This document shows positions 39,401-53,104 of a stretch of 64,000 bases of DNA, piece after piece. The stretch lies in NCBI GenBank assembly GCA_034780895.1, contig JAUZTB010000118.1, positions 54,926,034-54,990,033 of the forward strand, written 5' to 3'. The stretch is from Rhynchobatus australiae. Taxonomy: Eukaryota. Positions within the stretch are counted from its first letter, which is position 1; each line of letters starts with the position of its first letter. The position numbers and the translations under genes are program-made. The notes under the pieces are model-generated. The model saw nothing but the letters and a program-made list of their open reading frames with translations, searched no databases and was not told where the DNA came from.

Positions 39401-40074
39401 CAGCTCCCAATTTCCCAACAGTCACCAAAGATTTATCCCACATGGTCGAGACTAACCCAGGTCAAAGGCTGTCATACTATTTTGAAATATCTGTTACAGA
39501 TTGGAGATCTGTAAATGTACAAATAGATTTAAAAACCCAGAACATAAAAATTACTTGAATTATTTGCTGGTGTTTTAATTAATATTAACTCAGTAAACTA
39601 AGTTATACAGGCTTCCTAAAAGTGGCTCAGGAAAGAATCTACTTCAACTCCTTTTGACTAAATTCATCTTGCTGTTATTGCCTACTTTGCTAGTGGAACT
39701 TTGTTAAATGTGTGTCGTATACCAGTTGGTGTCATTCTTGTATGGCAGGTGACACCTGCACGTAGGTGCATCACAGATGGAAGTGAGCAATTGATGTGAT
39801 GATATAACCATGATATTCTTGGAGCCAGGTGGAGAACAATTGGCAGTAATGTTTGGGGGGGGGGTGGGGGGAAGATAAAATGGAATTTGCCACAGGTGTT
39901 TTCTTCTGCCAGTCATTGCACTCTTATCCTCATCATGTAAATCACCCAGGTTACCTGTTTCTACAACATCGAAAGGTTATACATTTATATCTGATATATC
40001 TGAAGCACACTGCAATCTCTTGTTATTAAACATGATGCATACAAGAGGGATTTTATCGCATTGCCACTTACTAC

Positions 40075-40632
40075 TGTGACGGATCAGGTTGCTATTTGGT
40101 CAATGTCCCTTTAAGACATAATACAGTAGAGTAGTGGTGTGTGTGTGGTGTCATCATGACAATAAGATTACAATGTGCTGGCTGTTTTTTTGCTGCGTGA
40201 ATTGAAGTGAGTCGAGGAGAGAGAGACACTGACTGTTTCTGTAACAATGGATGAAGAACAATAGCTGTATCTATAACTACAATCCATGTATGGATTTTTG
40301 GAGCATACAAGTGGAGTCCACTTTGTCCTTAACCAGTCGTGGGAAACAGGTCGTTGTGTGGGAGGCCACATATCGAATGCCTTCGGGGTGGCAGGTACTT
40401 TGGAACAAAGTAAATGGAGATCATCAGTGATTGAGGTGTTGTATGGGTTCCATTGTGGACCAATTGGGTTTCATAATTTCTCTCTCCATTCTCTCAACAT
40501 CTTCTCTTCAGTCAACGGTCGTTTTGCAAAAGCCTTTGCTCATGCTTCATGACTTGCTGAACTGAACTTTGAGAACTATTCCTGGACTTGGAGTTTGGGA
40601 ATTTGCCACACACACACTTCAAGTTTAGTTTT
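40075..40632 (+). mobile_element. Probable LTR (solo or truncated), right end lost in N-gap
   Basis: Begins TGTGAC; 'tgtccctttaag' TATA-like stretch; CpG retention and composition distinct from the flanks; no ORF. Family not identified. Confidence 0.45.
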
Positions 40633-43600
40633 NNNNNNNNNNNNNNNNNNNNNNNNNNNNNNNNNNNNNNNNNNNNNNNNNNNNNNNNNNNNNNNNNNNN
40701 NNNNNNNNNNNNNNNNNNNNNNNNNNNNNNNNNNNNNNNNNNNNNNNNNNNNNNNNNNNNNNNNNNNNNNNNNNNNNNNNNNNNNNNNNNNNNNNNNNNN
40801 NNNNNNNNNNNNNNNNNNNNNNNNNNNNNNNNNNNNNNNNNNNNNNNNNNNNNNNNNNNNNNNNNNTCAGGATAAAAATCATAACAGTTAATATATATAA
40901 TCACAAGGAGTAAAAGAAAATTTACCTCCCACTCTCTGATTAAGTGAACATAATACAAAAGATTGAAAAGAGATTTAATTATATGAGAAAAGAACCCCCA
41001 CATAAAAAAAATGATAATAATAAACCAAAAAAACACCAAATATAAAACTGGACTGATAATTCTTCAATTAAAAAAAACATTATTATGTCGTCAACTCCGT
41101 TCCTCAGTATTCAAGGGTTATTGAGAGGGATCTGAGGGATTCTTTCATTGTGTTTCAAATAAGCAACAACAGTGTTTCACAGATCCTTGGCATCTGCAAG
41201 CGATTTAAAAAGCTGTTCTTGTGTAGGTAAATGTTATTCCCTGTTGATCAGAAGTGATGCATCTTCTAAAGCCAGCTGTTCCACACATTTCTGTGAGAGT
41301 ACCATGGTTACTGCCACAGATTGCTCCCACCTACTTCTGGTGATCATTCTGGCTGCTAAGCTCATCCTCATGTTGGTTATTGTGAGTTGATGACTCTCCT
41401 GGAACAATTAACATTTCAAAGTTTGAGGGGGATGTTAAAATGTTATTAACTACCTTCACTTGGAAACAGAAGCAATTCATAACTTGGGGTGAGAATGTGA
41501 ATTATAGTGGTTGTTGGCATTGGTAAACATTTTTATATGGATAGTTTAGACAAAGGCACACATTGAAAGTTTTTACTTGTATCAATGTTATTAAAAACAT
41601 CACAATAAGTTTTTATTTCACAACCTGGTACAGCAACTTGATGTGTTCAATATTTTTTTCACAAATACTACAGTCGTGTACACGTAACTATATAAAAATA
41701 TAAATGTTACAAAATTATATCTCTAAATTTCATGTTAAAGTATAGAAACCAAGTGAGCAGATTGAAACAAATTGATTGAATATTTCAGTTCTTGGCACAA
41801 TGGTTCCTATTTAATTGTTCAAATGTTTAAATGGTACATCAGAAAAATTACCTGCCACAAAGCTATCTCAGGTAGCAGTAATTAATGTAATGGATTGGAA
41901 TCCTTTCAGAAACGCAATATACACTTTATAGCTATGAGAAGACATAACACTCCGATGCAGTTTCATAAATTAAGGTTTGGGTGTATTGTAGGGAACAATG
42001 CTGCTCATGTTTTTATCAGGACTATTTTTACCATTGATTTAAAATTGCATTTATGTATTATTTTAATACCAAGCATTGTAAGCATTTATTTTATCAGATG
42101 AACTGTAGAAAATCATCATTTTTTGTTTTGCATTTCCCTGTATGGTCTTTAGTTTCTAACAATGTTGTAATCTCCCTTTTTCATGAAGGCATGGGCTTCC
42201 TGTTGAGATATCGTCTACTGTTCCAATTCCACACATTCTGAATGATCAGTATTCTTATGCAGACATTCAGTACTGAGTCCTGGCAGGTTATTTGAATGAC
42301 AGCAGAATAACAGTCGAAGTTGCCACTGTTTCAACCTTTCACAGCATACACCCCACTGACGTAAAAAGATCATTAATAAAAACTTGTGTATTTGCAGGGG
42401 GAAAAATGAAGTCTACTTTCTGATGTAAGTACATTTATCGTCAGAATCATCCCTCTTAGCTTCCATGGAGAATTTATTCTATGACATTTACAGATGTACA
42501 GATTTATCCATGNNNNNNNNNNNNNNNNNNNNNNNNNNNNAAGTGAAAAGAAGTAAGTAAAAAAAAGTTTGTTCTATCAGCATTTGGTTCTCCAGATGGA
42601 TTAGACAAAGATCAAAACAAAGACATGAATGGTACTTGCACAGCTTGAGTTTTGGATTTTTCTTTTCATGTGTTTAGTAGGTGAAAGGGTGGGTCTGTTT
42701 TTTGCTTTCACAGGGCTTCAGGCTTTACAGCTCAAAATAAACAACTTTTAATCCAATTTGCTCCTCTATACTAAAACAAAATATAACACATCCCAAGGTT
42801 CATAGTAGAAATATTCATAAAACAAAATGTAAATCTCTCAATTTTAACCTAAACCAAGCAATTCTGTTTGTTGTCTTAAAACAGCATGGTGATTTAGGTA
42901 AGTATTTTGCTTTTTTTTGATAGGCCTGTTCTACATTTTCAGATCCTTTATTTGGACACTACATTTGTTGTTTTCCACTGTTTAACATTTACTCACTGTA
43001 ACAGTCTTATATCAAGCAGCTTTGGTGTAGCTCCAAAATCATTACTCGATCGATCTGATATACAGCCACTATACGTTTTGAGCTTAGTAGCTTTCATCCA
43101 GCTGCAAGTATAAGAGTACCGTGCATAAAAGTGTCCCAAAGTACTCAAGCAATCACAACTGGTGGTGAAGTGAGAGTTCAGTTAATCACGTTTCACCCAC
43201 CATTGAATTCAATCCTATGTTGACTCAGTCATATGTTAGTTGGAGTTATCTACTGTTTGCCTAACTACGGTCTTTCAACCACATGGAGCCATAAACCCAC
43301 AGACTGATTCTCATTTGGCGAAAGAATTCCAGAGTCCCCTCTACAGCTGTGTATATCCATTCACATGACATGATTTCTGAGCTCCAAATCCAGATGGACT
43401 GTTGTACTCTTCCAGCACTGCAAGGCAGTTTAAATCTCTCTCTACATCCTCTGGCCTACAGTATATTTTGTGAAGCAGCCAATGCTGGAAATATACCAAT
43501 ATCTTAATTCCTTGACCACCCAGAAAACTATATGCAACTGGAATAAACTGAATCACATAACAACTTGGAATTACATCCCCCAGATCTCCTTTTACAGGTC

Positions 43601-43689
43601 TCTATCTTCACCATGACTGAATAATATGCATGCCTAGAGAAGAGCTGCTACAGACATACTTTTGGTTTGATTTAAAACTAACATTTTTT

Positions 43690-43980
43690 TCTCTCTCTCC
43701 TCCCCTCCCTCCATGGGGCACCTGCTTTTGACCCATCCCCTGCTGTTCTGCTCTCCCCTCCTCCCCTGAATCTGCCTATCACCACCTTGTGCCCACCACG
43801 CCTCCCCTCTTTTGTCCACCTATCACTGCTCTATTTCTCTCCCCTACATATTGGGATTCTCCTTTTCCTATCTTCAGTCCTGAAGAAGGATCCTGACCCA
43901 AAACATTGACCGTCTGTTTTTCTCCATGGGTGCTGCTTGGCCTGCTGAGTTCCTCCTGCATCTTGTTGTTTTTCACCTAG
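43690..43980 (+). mobile_element. Penelope-associated terminal repeat
   Basis: Pyrimidine-rich body ending 'cagtcctgaagaaggatcctgacccaaaacattgacc...gctgcttggcctgctgagttcctcctgcatc' (hammerhead-like CTGAnGA...AAAC core typical of Penelope pLTRs). Related shorter copies near 5440, 23390, 45640, 50700 and 62700. Confidence 0.75.
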
Positions 43981-44484
43981 CATTATTAGATGTCATTTTG
44001 ACTCCCTTGTGTGTGCAATAGCTGGAAGTCAGAAACCAAAACAGAGAATGGAGAAAAAGGACTGTAGTTCCTCAAAATCTATAAAGAGCAAAGAGATCAA
44101 CATTTGTCAATCATTGATGACCAGTAATACCTGAAATGTTAATCTATATTTTCTGAGCTTCCAGCAAGTTGTGTTTTAATTTCAGTTCCGCTGTGTTTTC
44201 TCAGCAGTGATTTGAATTGAGGTGGACATGTTCAACAGAATCAGCATTTGGTAGCATGCAATCTTTTATGACACTTTACGAATAAATGTTTGCCCACCTG
44301 GGTAAAATGTTGCCTACTGGTTTCAGCACAACAGTTACTTAGTCCTTTCCTCAGTTTAGCTGGGAGAGGGTGTTTGTCAAAAGAGAATTATTATTGTATA
44401 CTAACTTGTACAGAAGGTAAGGCTTGTCCAATTCTCTTTGAAGTATAACAGTTAGATTTTAGATATGGAGTACTTGGATATCAT

Positions 44485-44830
44485 GCATAAAATTGTGACA
44501 GGGTAGAAGTAAGATTGATGTTTCTCCTATCTGGGTGTTGGAACCAAGGGCTACAGTCTCAAAGTTATGGGTTGTCATTCAGGACAGAGACAGTAGAAGG
44601 AATTACTACACCTGGAGGGTGATGATCTTTGGAACTCTCTACCCATGGGGGCTGTGAAGGCCCAGTCACTGAATATATTCAAATCTGACAGATTTTTCAG
44701 TATTCAGGGCATAAATGGGTATAGGATTAGTGCAGGAATGTGGAGTTGAGGTAAAAGATCAACCATGATCTCATTGAATGGAAGAGCAGGCATGAGGCCC
44801 GTTCTGGCTTCCGCTTCTCACACTCTTATG
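44485..44830 (+). mobile_element. Old CR1 3' fragment
   Basis: 'gaaccaagggctacagtctcaaag...tggaactctctaccc...ccatgatctcattgaatggaagagcaggcatgagg'. Confidence 0.8.
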
Positions 44831-47115
44831 TTGAGTGGATCTCAGACTGGAACTGAATTGTTACATTGTANNNNNNNNNNNNNNNNNNNNNNNNNNNNNN
44901 NNNNNNNNNNNNNNNNNNNNNNNNNNNNNNNNNNNNNNNNNNNNNNNNNNNNNNNNNNNNNNNNNNNNNNATTGTACCTCTCGGGGTTAGAATCTTAATG
45001 CTCTGAATGCCAAGCTCCATCATGGATAGGAAGAAGACCCATCGATCATTCCTGGTGCTTGACTTGTTTGTATTTTTATGGTTCAGCATCAGGAGTTTTG
45101 GGTTATAGTCATTGTTCGCCAATTAAAAAAAAATTAGATAATTGCATCACCTTTTCTTTCCATTATAAATTGCAAATAAATTGGTAATGACTATAATAAG
45201 TTAGATTGTACTTCTTCAGCAGCTGTTTGTAAAATAACCGCCAGCTGTGGCCTTTCTGTGGATTGCCATATTCATAACTTATGCATCTACACACTGAAGC
45301 ATGGTAGTACTTGGGCACATTGGAGATCAGATGTTGGGGTTTCTGAGTTCTCAGTCCACCAATGTACCGACCACTGAGCCAGGGTGGTCCTGGATCATTC
45401 CTGAGGGGTCAGAAGCACTTAAAAAAAAAAGCACGGTTTCCCTCTAGTTCAGATATTATCGAATGAAAGTGTGTTGGCCATTTCAAAATTATGAAAACTG
45501 GAAAAAACTTCTTTTATTTGGTTAGCAATTTAGTCTCAATATTGCGTAAATTTAACTTTATCACTGGAAAATTGAAAGGGGAAGATCCATGTGTTTTTTC
45601 CATTGTACAGGTTAATGGAATATGGAAATCAAAAAATCCTGCAGATGCTGGAAATCAGAAAAAAAAACAGAAAATATTGGAAATCAGGCAGCATCTGAAA
45701 AGAGAATCAGTTAATGTTCTGGGTCTGGAACTCTTCATCAGAACTGGGAAAAAGAGAAAATGGTCACAAGTGGCCATTCAGCTTGGTACCATCGCATTAA
45801 GAGTGAATTAAACTGATGTCAGCAATAATATGAAAAGATGGGGAAAAAGACAGTGAAGCAGGTTGAGAACTAAATAGCTCCAGTTCTATCAGCTGTGGAT
45901 TTCTTTGATCCTAGAATGTAATGACCAAGTAATGCAATGATACATTTACATCAATATATCTGCATAGTTTTTTTTAGAAAAGCATTTTACTTTTACAAGG
46001 GGAATCTTATCTACACATACAATATACATCAATTGGAATCCCAATAAAAACAATGAAAGCATAATAGAAGAACATTTGAAACATTAGCATTAGGTGATGC
46101 CATCTTGGCAAGTACCTAGTTGCATGATTGGAATTTTCTGTACATTAGATACAGTAATATACAATCAATGAGGCATTAAGTCAGTCTGCCATGTTGCCTC
46201 CATTTTTAGTCAGAGTCCAGAGACATATTTTGAAATTTGGATGTACTTGATGGGAAAAAAAAATCAAAATTGCTTGCTTTTAGTCATCTCTGAGCAGACC
46301 AGCTTTTAGAGGGTGGTGGTGTTGTGCAAGTTATTTATGAGAACAGAGGAGCCATAATTTCTGAGATCGTAGGGAATGAGGATTGACTGTTTGGCAATAA
46401 ACGATTTGCTGGGATGTTTGAGATCAACATATATTTTATTGAAGGCTTATAGCAGTCCATGTAAAATTCTTCATTGATTGACACTTGATTTTCCCTCCTT
46501 GGACCATAGAACGTAATAAAGCTGGTTGCACAAATATTGAAATAGCATTGCAAACCAAAAAATGGAAGTTAATGCTATTCTGGAAGTACTGTGTCTCAAA
46601 TATACTTAATATGTAGATCCCATCAAGCAAATAGCTCAGCTTCAATTAGTTTAAAAATGGAGGTATACAAGTTGCAGAACACATTATTGACACCTGATGA
46701 CTAAAAGAATCTGACTAATTCAAAGCAGATGTTGCACATAAAACAGAATTACATCAATAGAAACAATCGCAATAAAGATTTATCTTGTTTAAAATGAAAT
46801 GACAATGAAATATAAATAAGCCATATACAGAACCAGCAGAGTGAATATGGAACATGAAACATTCGCTGCACATTAAGCTAGAGGATGCAACAGCAGCTTA
46901 TGTAAACATTGTGACACACATATAGTCATGAGTTGGGAAACAATTAAATGTCTGGATAATAAAACCATGTATGTATTATAATTGGGAAAAGGTGCAAATA
47001 AAAAGACTTCAGCACCATATTTGCAAGCTGGATGAACTAACAGCAGTTCAAGGCATCTGGCAGCTTCATCTTTCCATGGAATAAATGATATCAGTGTGAT
47101 CCATGAGTTATTTAC

Positions 47116-47135
47116 TTTATTAAAAGTGTTTTATT
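47116..47135 (-). terminator. Two AATAAA polyadenylation signals (proximal DOCK8 3' end candidate)
   Basis: Plus-strand tttatt at 47116-47121 and 47130-47135, about 125-140 nt past the stop codon. Confidence 0.5.
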
Positions 47136-47257
47136 CTTGAGGAAGAAGATAACTGATCGCAGTTTTCATATTTCTCATACAGTTGTCTTGATGGCTGTGC
47201 AGAGCTCAATGAGTTGCACTCAAAAACCAGATCCTGGGATCTCATTGACAGATTCCA

Positions 47258-47324
47258 TCAGCTGTTCTGTGAGTTTGATTGTGATGATTCATATCTCTTA
47301 AAACTTGATCTTTTAAAGGATTCC
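47258..47324 (-). CDS. DOCK8: DOCK8 terminal coding exon ((K)ESFKRSSFKRYESSQSNSQNS-stop)
   Basis: Acceptor tattgtaag|G completes the phase-2 codon. Peptide resembles the human C-terminus [20 protein letters not shown]. TGA at 47258-47260. Confidence 0.88.
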
Positions 47325-48099
47325 CTTACAATATAAAAATATAAGTTACCAATACTGATTGAAGAGAGCATCAAGATAAAATAGATTGTCACATCACATA
47401 TTCTTATGCTTGAAATAATGCTCATTAGTCATTCAAATGCTCATTAGTCGTTCCCTTTCCTATCTTGAATGCACTGGTTCAGCCGGATGTACATTTCTCA
47501 TGCAGGTTCCACTCTCTGGCACTTTACCCAAGTGACTATTTTTCACATTCAGCTCCAGACATAGGGTGTTGACAGGCTACTTCAGGGCAAAGACTTCCTG
47601 AGATTCACTACCCTCTGGGAGAAGAAAGTTCTATGCACCTCAGTTTTAAATACTATGTCCCCTTTTTTGTGAATCTCCCACTAGTGAAAACATCTCAATA
47701 TCCATTCTGTAAAGCCCCCTTGGGATCTTATATATTTGAAAAAGGTCTCCCCTCATGTTTTTAAACTCCAAGGAATAGACAAGGATTGTGCTGACTTCTC
47801 CCACTGCCTCTGTTGTTCATTGGTGAAAATGGCAGTGCCTTGAGCCCTGTTGAACATCATGCCGACATGTTCTTGAAACATTTATTGATAGAAATCAGGC
47901 TAATTCTGGAGATGTCCCAATGCTGGCTAGGGAACGGGAGGTTACCTAAACATTGAGGCTGATGTTGATTTGGACAACCAGCCTACAGCTCTTGTTGTCA
48001 GCATGGCTAAACAAAATGCTCTATCATGGCTAGCCCCTCACCTCCTTCATGTACCCAGAACTCCCCAATTGGGGACCAAATTAGCATTCCCTTGAACAA

Positions 48100-49165
48100 G
48101 TGTTGATTGATTAGAGAAAGACAGGATGGATTTATGAAAAGCAAATTGTGTCTAATTTGATTTTTTTTGGATTAAGTAACAGAACCAATGCTGGAAATCC
48201 GGTTGATGTCAATCTGTAGCAATATGCATAGAAAATTGACTAATTTTTAAGGTTGTTTTTGGACTGGAAAGTATACTGTGGAGATTCCCAGAGGTTGCTA
48301 CTAACAACACCTCTAAATATTTATTCATGCCCTGTACACCCAAGTCAGTATTTCTAACTTTGCAAATGATCCAAAGCCTGGAGGCAAATAGTACTAAACC
48401 TTAAGGAGGGACAGACATGTTGATCAACTGCGTAGACAGATGAAATTTAATGCTGAAAGTTATGAAATGTTACACTTTGTTAGGAAGAATGAGAAATGAT
48501 AATACAAACCAAAAGCCACAATTCTTTTAAAAAAAAAGGATAAAAGAGATCTGGATACATGTTCATCAAAAGTGGCAGGATAAGTTGAAGAAGTGATTGG
48601 AAAATCAATGGGACCATGGGTATAGATTACAAAAGCCAGGAAGTCATGATGAACTTTTATAAAACAATAGGTTAGCCATAAGCCATAATATTTCAAGTTC
48701 TGGCTGTCATATTTTTGGAAAGTTATCAGAGAGAATGCAGAAGAGATTTACCAAAATGATTCCAGGAATGAGGGACTTTGTAGATAAACTGGAGAAGCTG
48801 AGGTTAATCTCCATGGAACAGAGGGGTTTGTGAGAGGAGCTGATAAAGTTATTTAAAACCATAAAGTTCTAGAAACAGTAGATAGAAATGGTGAACAGGT
48901 CAAGAACTGGGGATTTTGAATGAAGGCGGTTGGCAAAAGAACCACAAGTTACAAGAAGAAAAAGATTTTTTACACGGTGTGTGGTTAGGATCTGGGGTGC
49001 TGGAGGCAGAAGTGGAGACAGATTCTATTCCAATGTTTCAAAGGCTGCTGTAAATTATCTGAAAGGAAAGAATGTGTAGGGCTATAGGGAGAGGACTTGC
49101 TTAATTGATCTCATATTCAGCTATACACTCACAACAGGCTGAATAGTTCCTTGAACACCATTATC
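48100..49165 (+). mobile_element. Degenerate CR1 RT-to-3' fragment in the last DOCK8 intron
   Basis: GFMKSKLC, FAND, MKFNAExxEMLHF and 'gagaatgcagaagagatttaccaaaatgattccaggaatgaggg' remnants. Confidence 0.82.
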
Positions 49166-50075
49166 ATTCTATTATTTGACAACTTGGTAAAAATTATGGG
49201 TGTTCTGGGGACTTTGGAACAAACTCCAGATTACTGCAGGACAAAAGGCCCATCCTCAGAGCCGCACCTGATGTCACACCCACACATGCACCCATTTGAA
49301 GTCTGCACCCCGACAGGACTCTGGATCAATTAGTTGTATGATTTCCCAATATGCCCCTTCAGCAGTTCTTGCACTTCTAGTGTTGGTACAATAAATCTGA
49401 TGTGCAGCAGGGTGGCAGGTCCCTCAGGCAAACCTGATCCAAGTACAGAAATAAAATTTGCAGTGCTTTCCCAGGAAATGGTGATTTTGGCTTTCTTACT
49501 GCAGCTTATATCACTTGTGTAATGCAAGTTACATGTCAGTATCTCATCTGCCTGTTTCAACAAGATTAATTAACCTACTGCATGCCCTGAACATGTTAAT
49601 GCTCTGAGCAAAATGCCTTCAAATTGTAGTTGTGTAATGAGCAAGCCCTGTACCATAATACTGGCTGCTGTCCCATAATTGCTTGGCATTACGAATGAAC
49701 TTCTAGGCTTACACTTCTTCCTTCTTTACCTTCTTCTCGGCTTGTCAGAATTATTATATCCACTGTAGCTTTGTAATAATTTTACCCAATTCTTCTGACT
49801 CTCTCATTGACAGAACGACTGTTTTTCACGCATTATAAAATGAGAGTAGGCTCATGGTAAATCCCAACAAATTTTGTGTTGGAAAAAGCAATCATTCTAA
49901 TCCTCACTAACAGATTTTGAAAGCAAAATACAGCAAATTCCAGAAACACCTAACAAGTTGCTCAGATTCTGAAAATTCTGTGCGTAATCCAAATTGTAAT
50001 TTAACGTTAACTTTCTTTTTTTAAATAAATTTCTCTCTTTTTGAAGCTAAGAAGGGTTACTGTTGTATTACTTAC

Positions 50076-50246
50076 TTGGTCTCCCGGTGAATTTTTATTA
50101 CTGGTTTGTACAGGTCTGGGATCTTTCTCCCTATCATTGGTCTCAGGTTCTCTTTTAATTTGTGGTAATTCTTTTTCAGTTCTTGTTGATATTCTTTTTG
50201 GTCAGAAGTGATCAGATGTTTATTCTTCTCTACGGCATCTCCACAG
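50076..50246 (-). CDS. DOCK8: DOCK8 penultimate coding exon (171 bp; [56 protein letters not shown])
   Basis: Acceptor cccttccag|C, donor AA|gtaagt; phase 2-2; matches DOCK8 [27 protein letters not shown]. Confidence 0.96.
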
Positions 50247-50829
50247 CTGGAAGGGAAAGACATTCAGTGAAAACCAATAAAGCATCCTAGGAGTAAGAAG
50301 GATTATTTAAATTACTTACAAAATCAGTCTGTTTAACATTTTTCAGATTTGATCTTTAATACACTGATATTGTATAATATCTCACTGTATGTAAGTAAAA
50401 TATTGTTTGGTAGGTATGCACTTTCTCTGTATTGCTCATGAAAAATTGGCTGATTGCTTTCTGCCTATTCCGTTCTATAATCGGACACAAGGTGGTGAAG
50501 ACTACCCCCTGCTGTGTCTTCACCTTTCCAACAACCTGCTACCTACCTACCTTCCTACAACTCACCGGTAGAATTAGCCCAAGTGAACGGGGACCACACT
50601 CGTTCATTATATTGACAAATTATCATCATTTGAAGTATTTATTAATTTGATTACAAAATTAACTGCTGAATACTTAAGCCACACACGAGATTGCAGAGTC
50701 TGGACTCTGGAGCCACAGACAAACTGTTGGAGGAACTCAGCAGGTCCAGCAGCGTCTTGTGGGGGATGGGGTAAGGAAATGGCAACATTTTGGGTTGAAA
50801 CCCTGCATCAGGACTGAGGAGGATGTCAG

Positions 50830-51005
50830 GAATTCACCCCGCCCCTTCCTTAGGTCAAAAACCAACTCTTTCATCTTACTGATGTTAAGGACTAGGTGGT
50901 TGTTCTGACACCGTGACACAAGGCTCGTGATCTCTTTCCTGTACTCCATCTCGTCATTGTTGTTGATCCGGCCTATAACAGTGGTGTCATTGGCGAACTT
51001 AAAGA
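50830..51005 (-). mobile_element. Rex1/Babar RT internal fragment
   Basis: ORF 50737..51087 contains IFKFANDTTVIGRINNNDEMEYRKEITSLVSRCQNNHLVLNISKMKELVFDLRK. Confidence 0.88.
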
Positions 51006-51408
51006 TTTTCCCCTTACCTCTTTTTCCTGAGTCCCTTACAAGGATATGGTTAGAAAGGCACCAGTTGTTTTTATGAACCTTATCCATTATTGGCAGACTA
51101 ACCCATCAATATATTCATCAAGTCTTCCAAGTTCATACTTCTTTCTGCCTGAGATGAGCATTTCTTGCAAGAATTACTTGACAGCAATACCGAATGGAGA
51201 TCCAATCTTCCCTCAGTCACTTGGGCTAATTGTTGTACTTCTATCATCACCCCATTTGAATTGAATGAACTTCAGATTATAATAGTGACTCCTTTCTCAC
51301 CTTCATTACTCAGTTTGTAGCAGAAATAATCTGTGGTGCTAGCAAAGGTTTGTCACATTCCATTTGCAGTTTCAACAAATAATTCATCTAGTGCATTATT
51401 TAACTCAC

Positions 51409-51515
51409 CGCATAATAAATTCTTTGAAGCATAACCTCAGTTTATTGTGATGTCGGAAGAGGTTTGAATTCTCTGGAATTTCAGCCAGAAACACTTGAGC
51501 TACTTCTAGTGGACC
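51409..51515 (-). CDS. DOCK8: DOCK8 coding exon (107 bp; [36 protein letters not shown])
   Basis: Translated by hand. Acceptor tttataaaag|GGT, donor CG|gtgagt; CFKEFIMR is the DOCK8 form (DOCK7 has CFKDFTKR). Confidence 0.96.
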
Positions 51516-52960
51516 CTTTTATAAACAAAATAAAATGAAGTGAGATACAACCATTGGGAAATAAGGCTGGTGCTTTGGTTTGTTTGTACCATAAACAATA
51601 TAAGTTAGGGAAACAAAATAGTAGTCAGAAACTGNNNNNNNNNNNNNNNNNNNNNNNNNNNNNNNNNNNNNNNNNNNNNNNNNNNNNNNNNNNNNNNNNN
51701 NNNNNNNNNNNNNNNNNNNNNNNNNNNNNNNNNNNNNNNNNNNNNNNNNNNNNNNNNNNNNNNNNNNNNNNNNNNNNNNNNNNNNNNNNNNNNNNNNNNN
51801 NNNNNNNNNNNNNNNNNNNNNNNNNNNNNNNNNNNNNNNNNNNNNNNNNNNNNNNNNNNNNNNNNNNNNNNNNNNNNNNNNNNNNNNNNNNNNNNNNNNN
51901 NNNNNNNNNNNNNNNNNNNNNNNNNNNNNNNNNNNNNNNNNNNNNNNNNNNNNNNNNNNNNNNNNNNNNNNNNNNNNNNNCAGAGATGCCTGTCCCAATG
52001 ATGTTCTGGAAAATCCAAACAGCTTCCATAAAGGGAGGCAGGAGCTCACAATGGCCCTAAGCAAAGTACTCCAAGATTGTTTATTTTTCTATTAGAGAAC
52101 CACAAAGGCAGTTAAATATTAATTAGTACCCTCTGTAATTGATGATGTTTCCTTCTACAGCATTGTTCAGTTCCAATATGGAAGCTATTATCAGCTGCAA
52201 CTTCCACAATGCAGGGAATTTTATTTGAAACTCATTGATTTCTGAAATTCACCCAAAGTCTGACCCGGTTACAAAGGAGTGGTCCAATGACTTTCCCCCT
52301 TCCTCCCCACCACCACAAAACAGGGCATTTGGAATTTTAGCTACAGAGTGGGATTCCAGTCTATTCAACTTCCAACAGTTGAATAGACTGTCTATTCTCT
52401 GTCCACCTATAGGCAATCTTCCTGCTTCTCCCACTCGAAGCCTTATAGCCTCACTGTTTACAGCCTTTTGTGGGGCTTAACCCAAAAGAAATAAAGCAAA
52501 GGCACACTGTTATCAATATTCATGCTCCAAACTAATCATAGAATAATTGCAAGTGTGCAAAATGCTAACTGAATTAATTCTTTGCAATATCATAGTAATG
52601 TTTATATCGAACATATTGTTAATTTGTTTCTAAAATGGTGTTATTAAGCTATCAACTATAAATTGATGGAGTGGTATTTAAATTAATTTTCACTCTGCTC
52701 TGAGCACTGTTCCTTTCAGCTCTCTTTGTTGGGTCCATCTTTAATGGAGTTTTCTTTTTTTGGTAAGTCCTTGACATTTTAGTTAGAAACACTGAAGAAT
52801 GGTTTCCATGCATTACACTGCAATCCAAAAGTGAACCTTTCATAAGGTGAATGCAGGAACAGCCACTATATCATCATAACTTTGGTATCTAAGTACAGAG
52901 GCACCCAGGCTAAAATATACATATTAACGGCAATATGACACAGAATTGTTGGTGCAGTAC

Positions 52961-53104
52961 CTGGTTTACGGTAGTTCCCACAGAACCCTGCAGTACCATC
53001 TGAAGCATCTTGGCATCCGGAGGCTCCTGGTGAGTTGCTATTGCCAATTCAAGAGTTTTCTTCTGCATGTCTTCAATAGCTACTTCAATGGGCGTCAGAA
53101 TAAA
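52961..53104 (-). CDS. DOCK8: DOCK8 coding exon (144 bp; [48 protein letters not shown]), includes the DHR-2 nucleotide-sensor Val
   Basis: Acceptor ttttgcag|TTT, donor CAG|gtactg; LQGSVxxxVNQGP catalytic motif intact. Confidence 0.97.
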
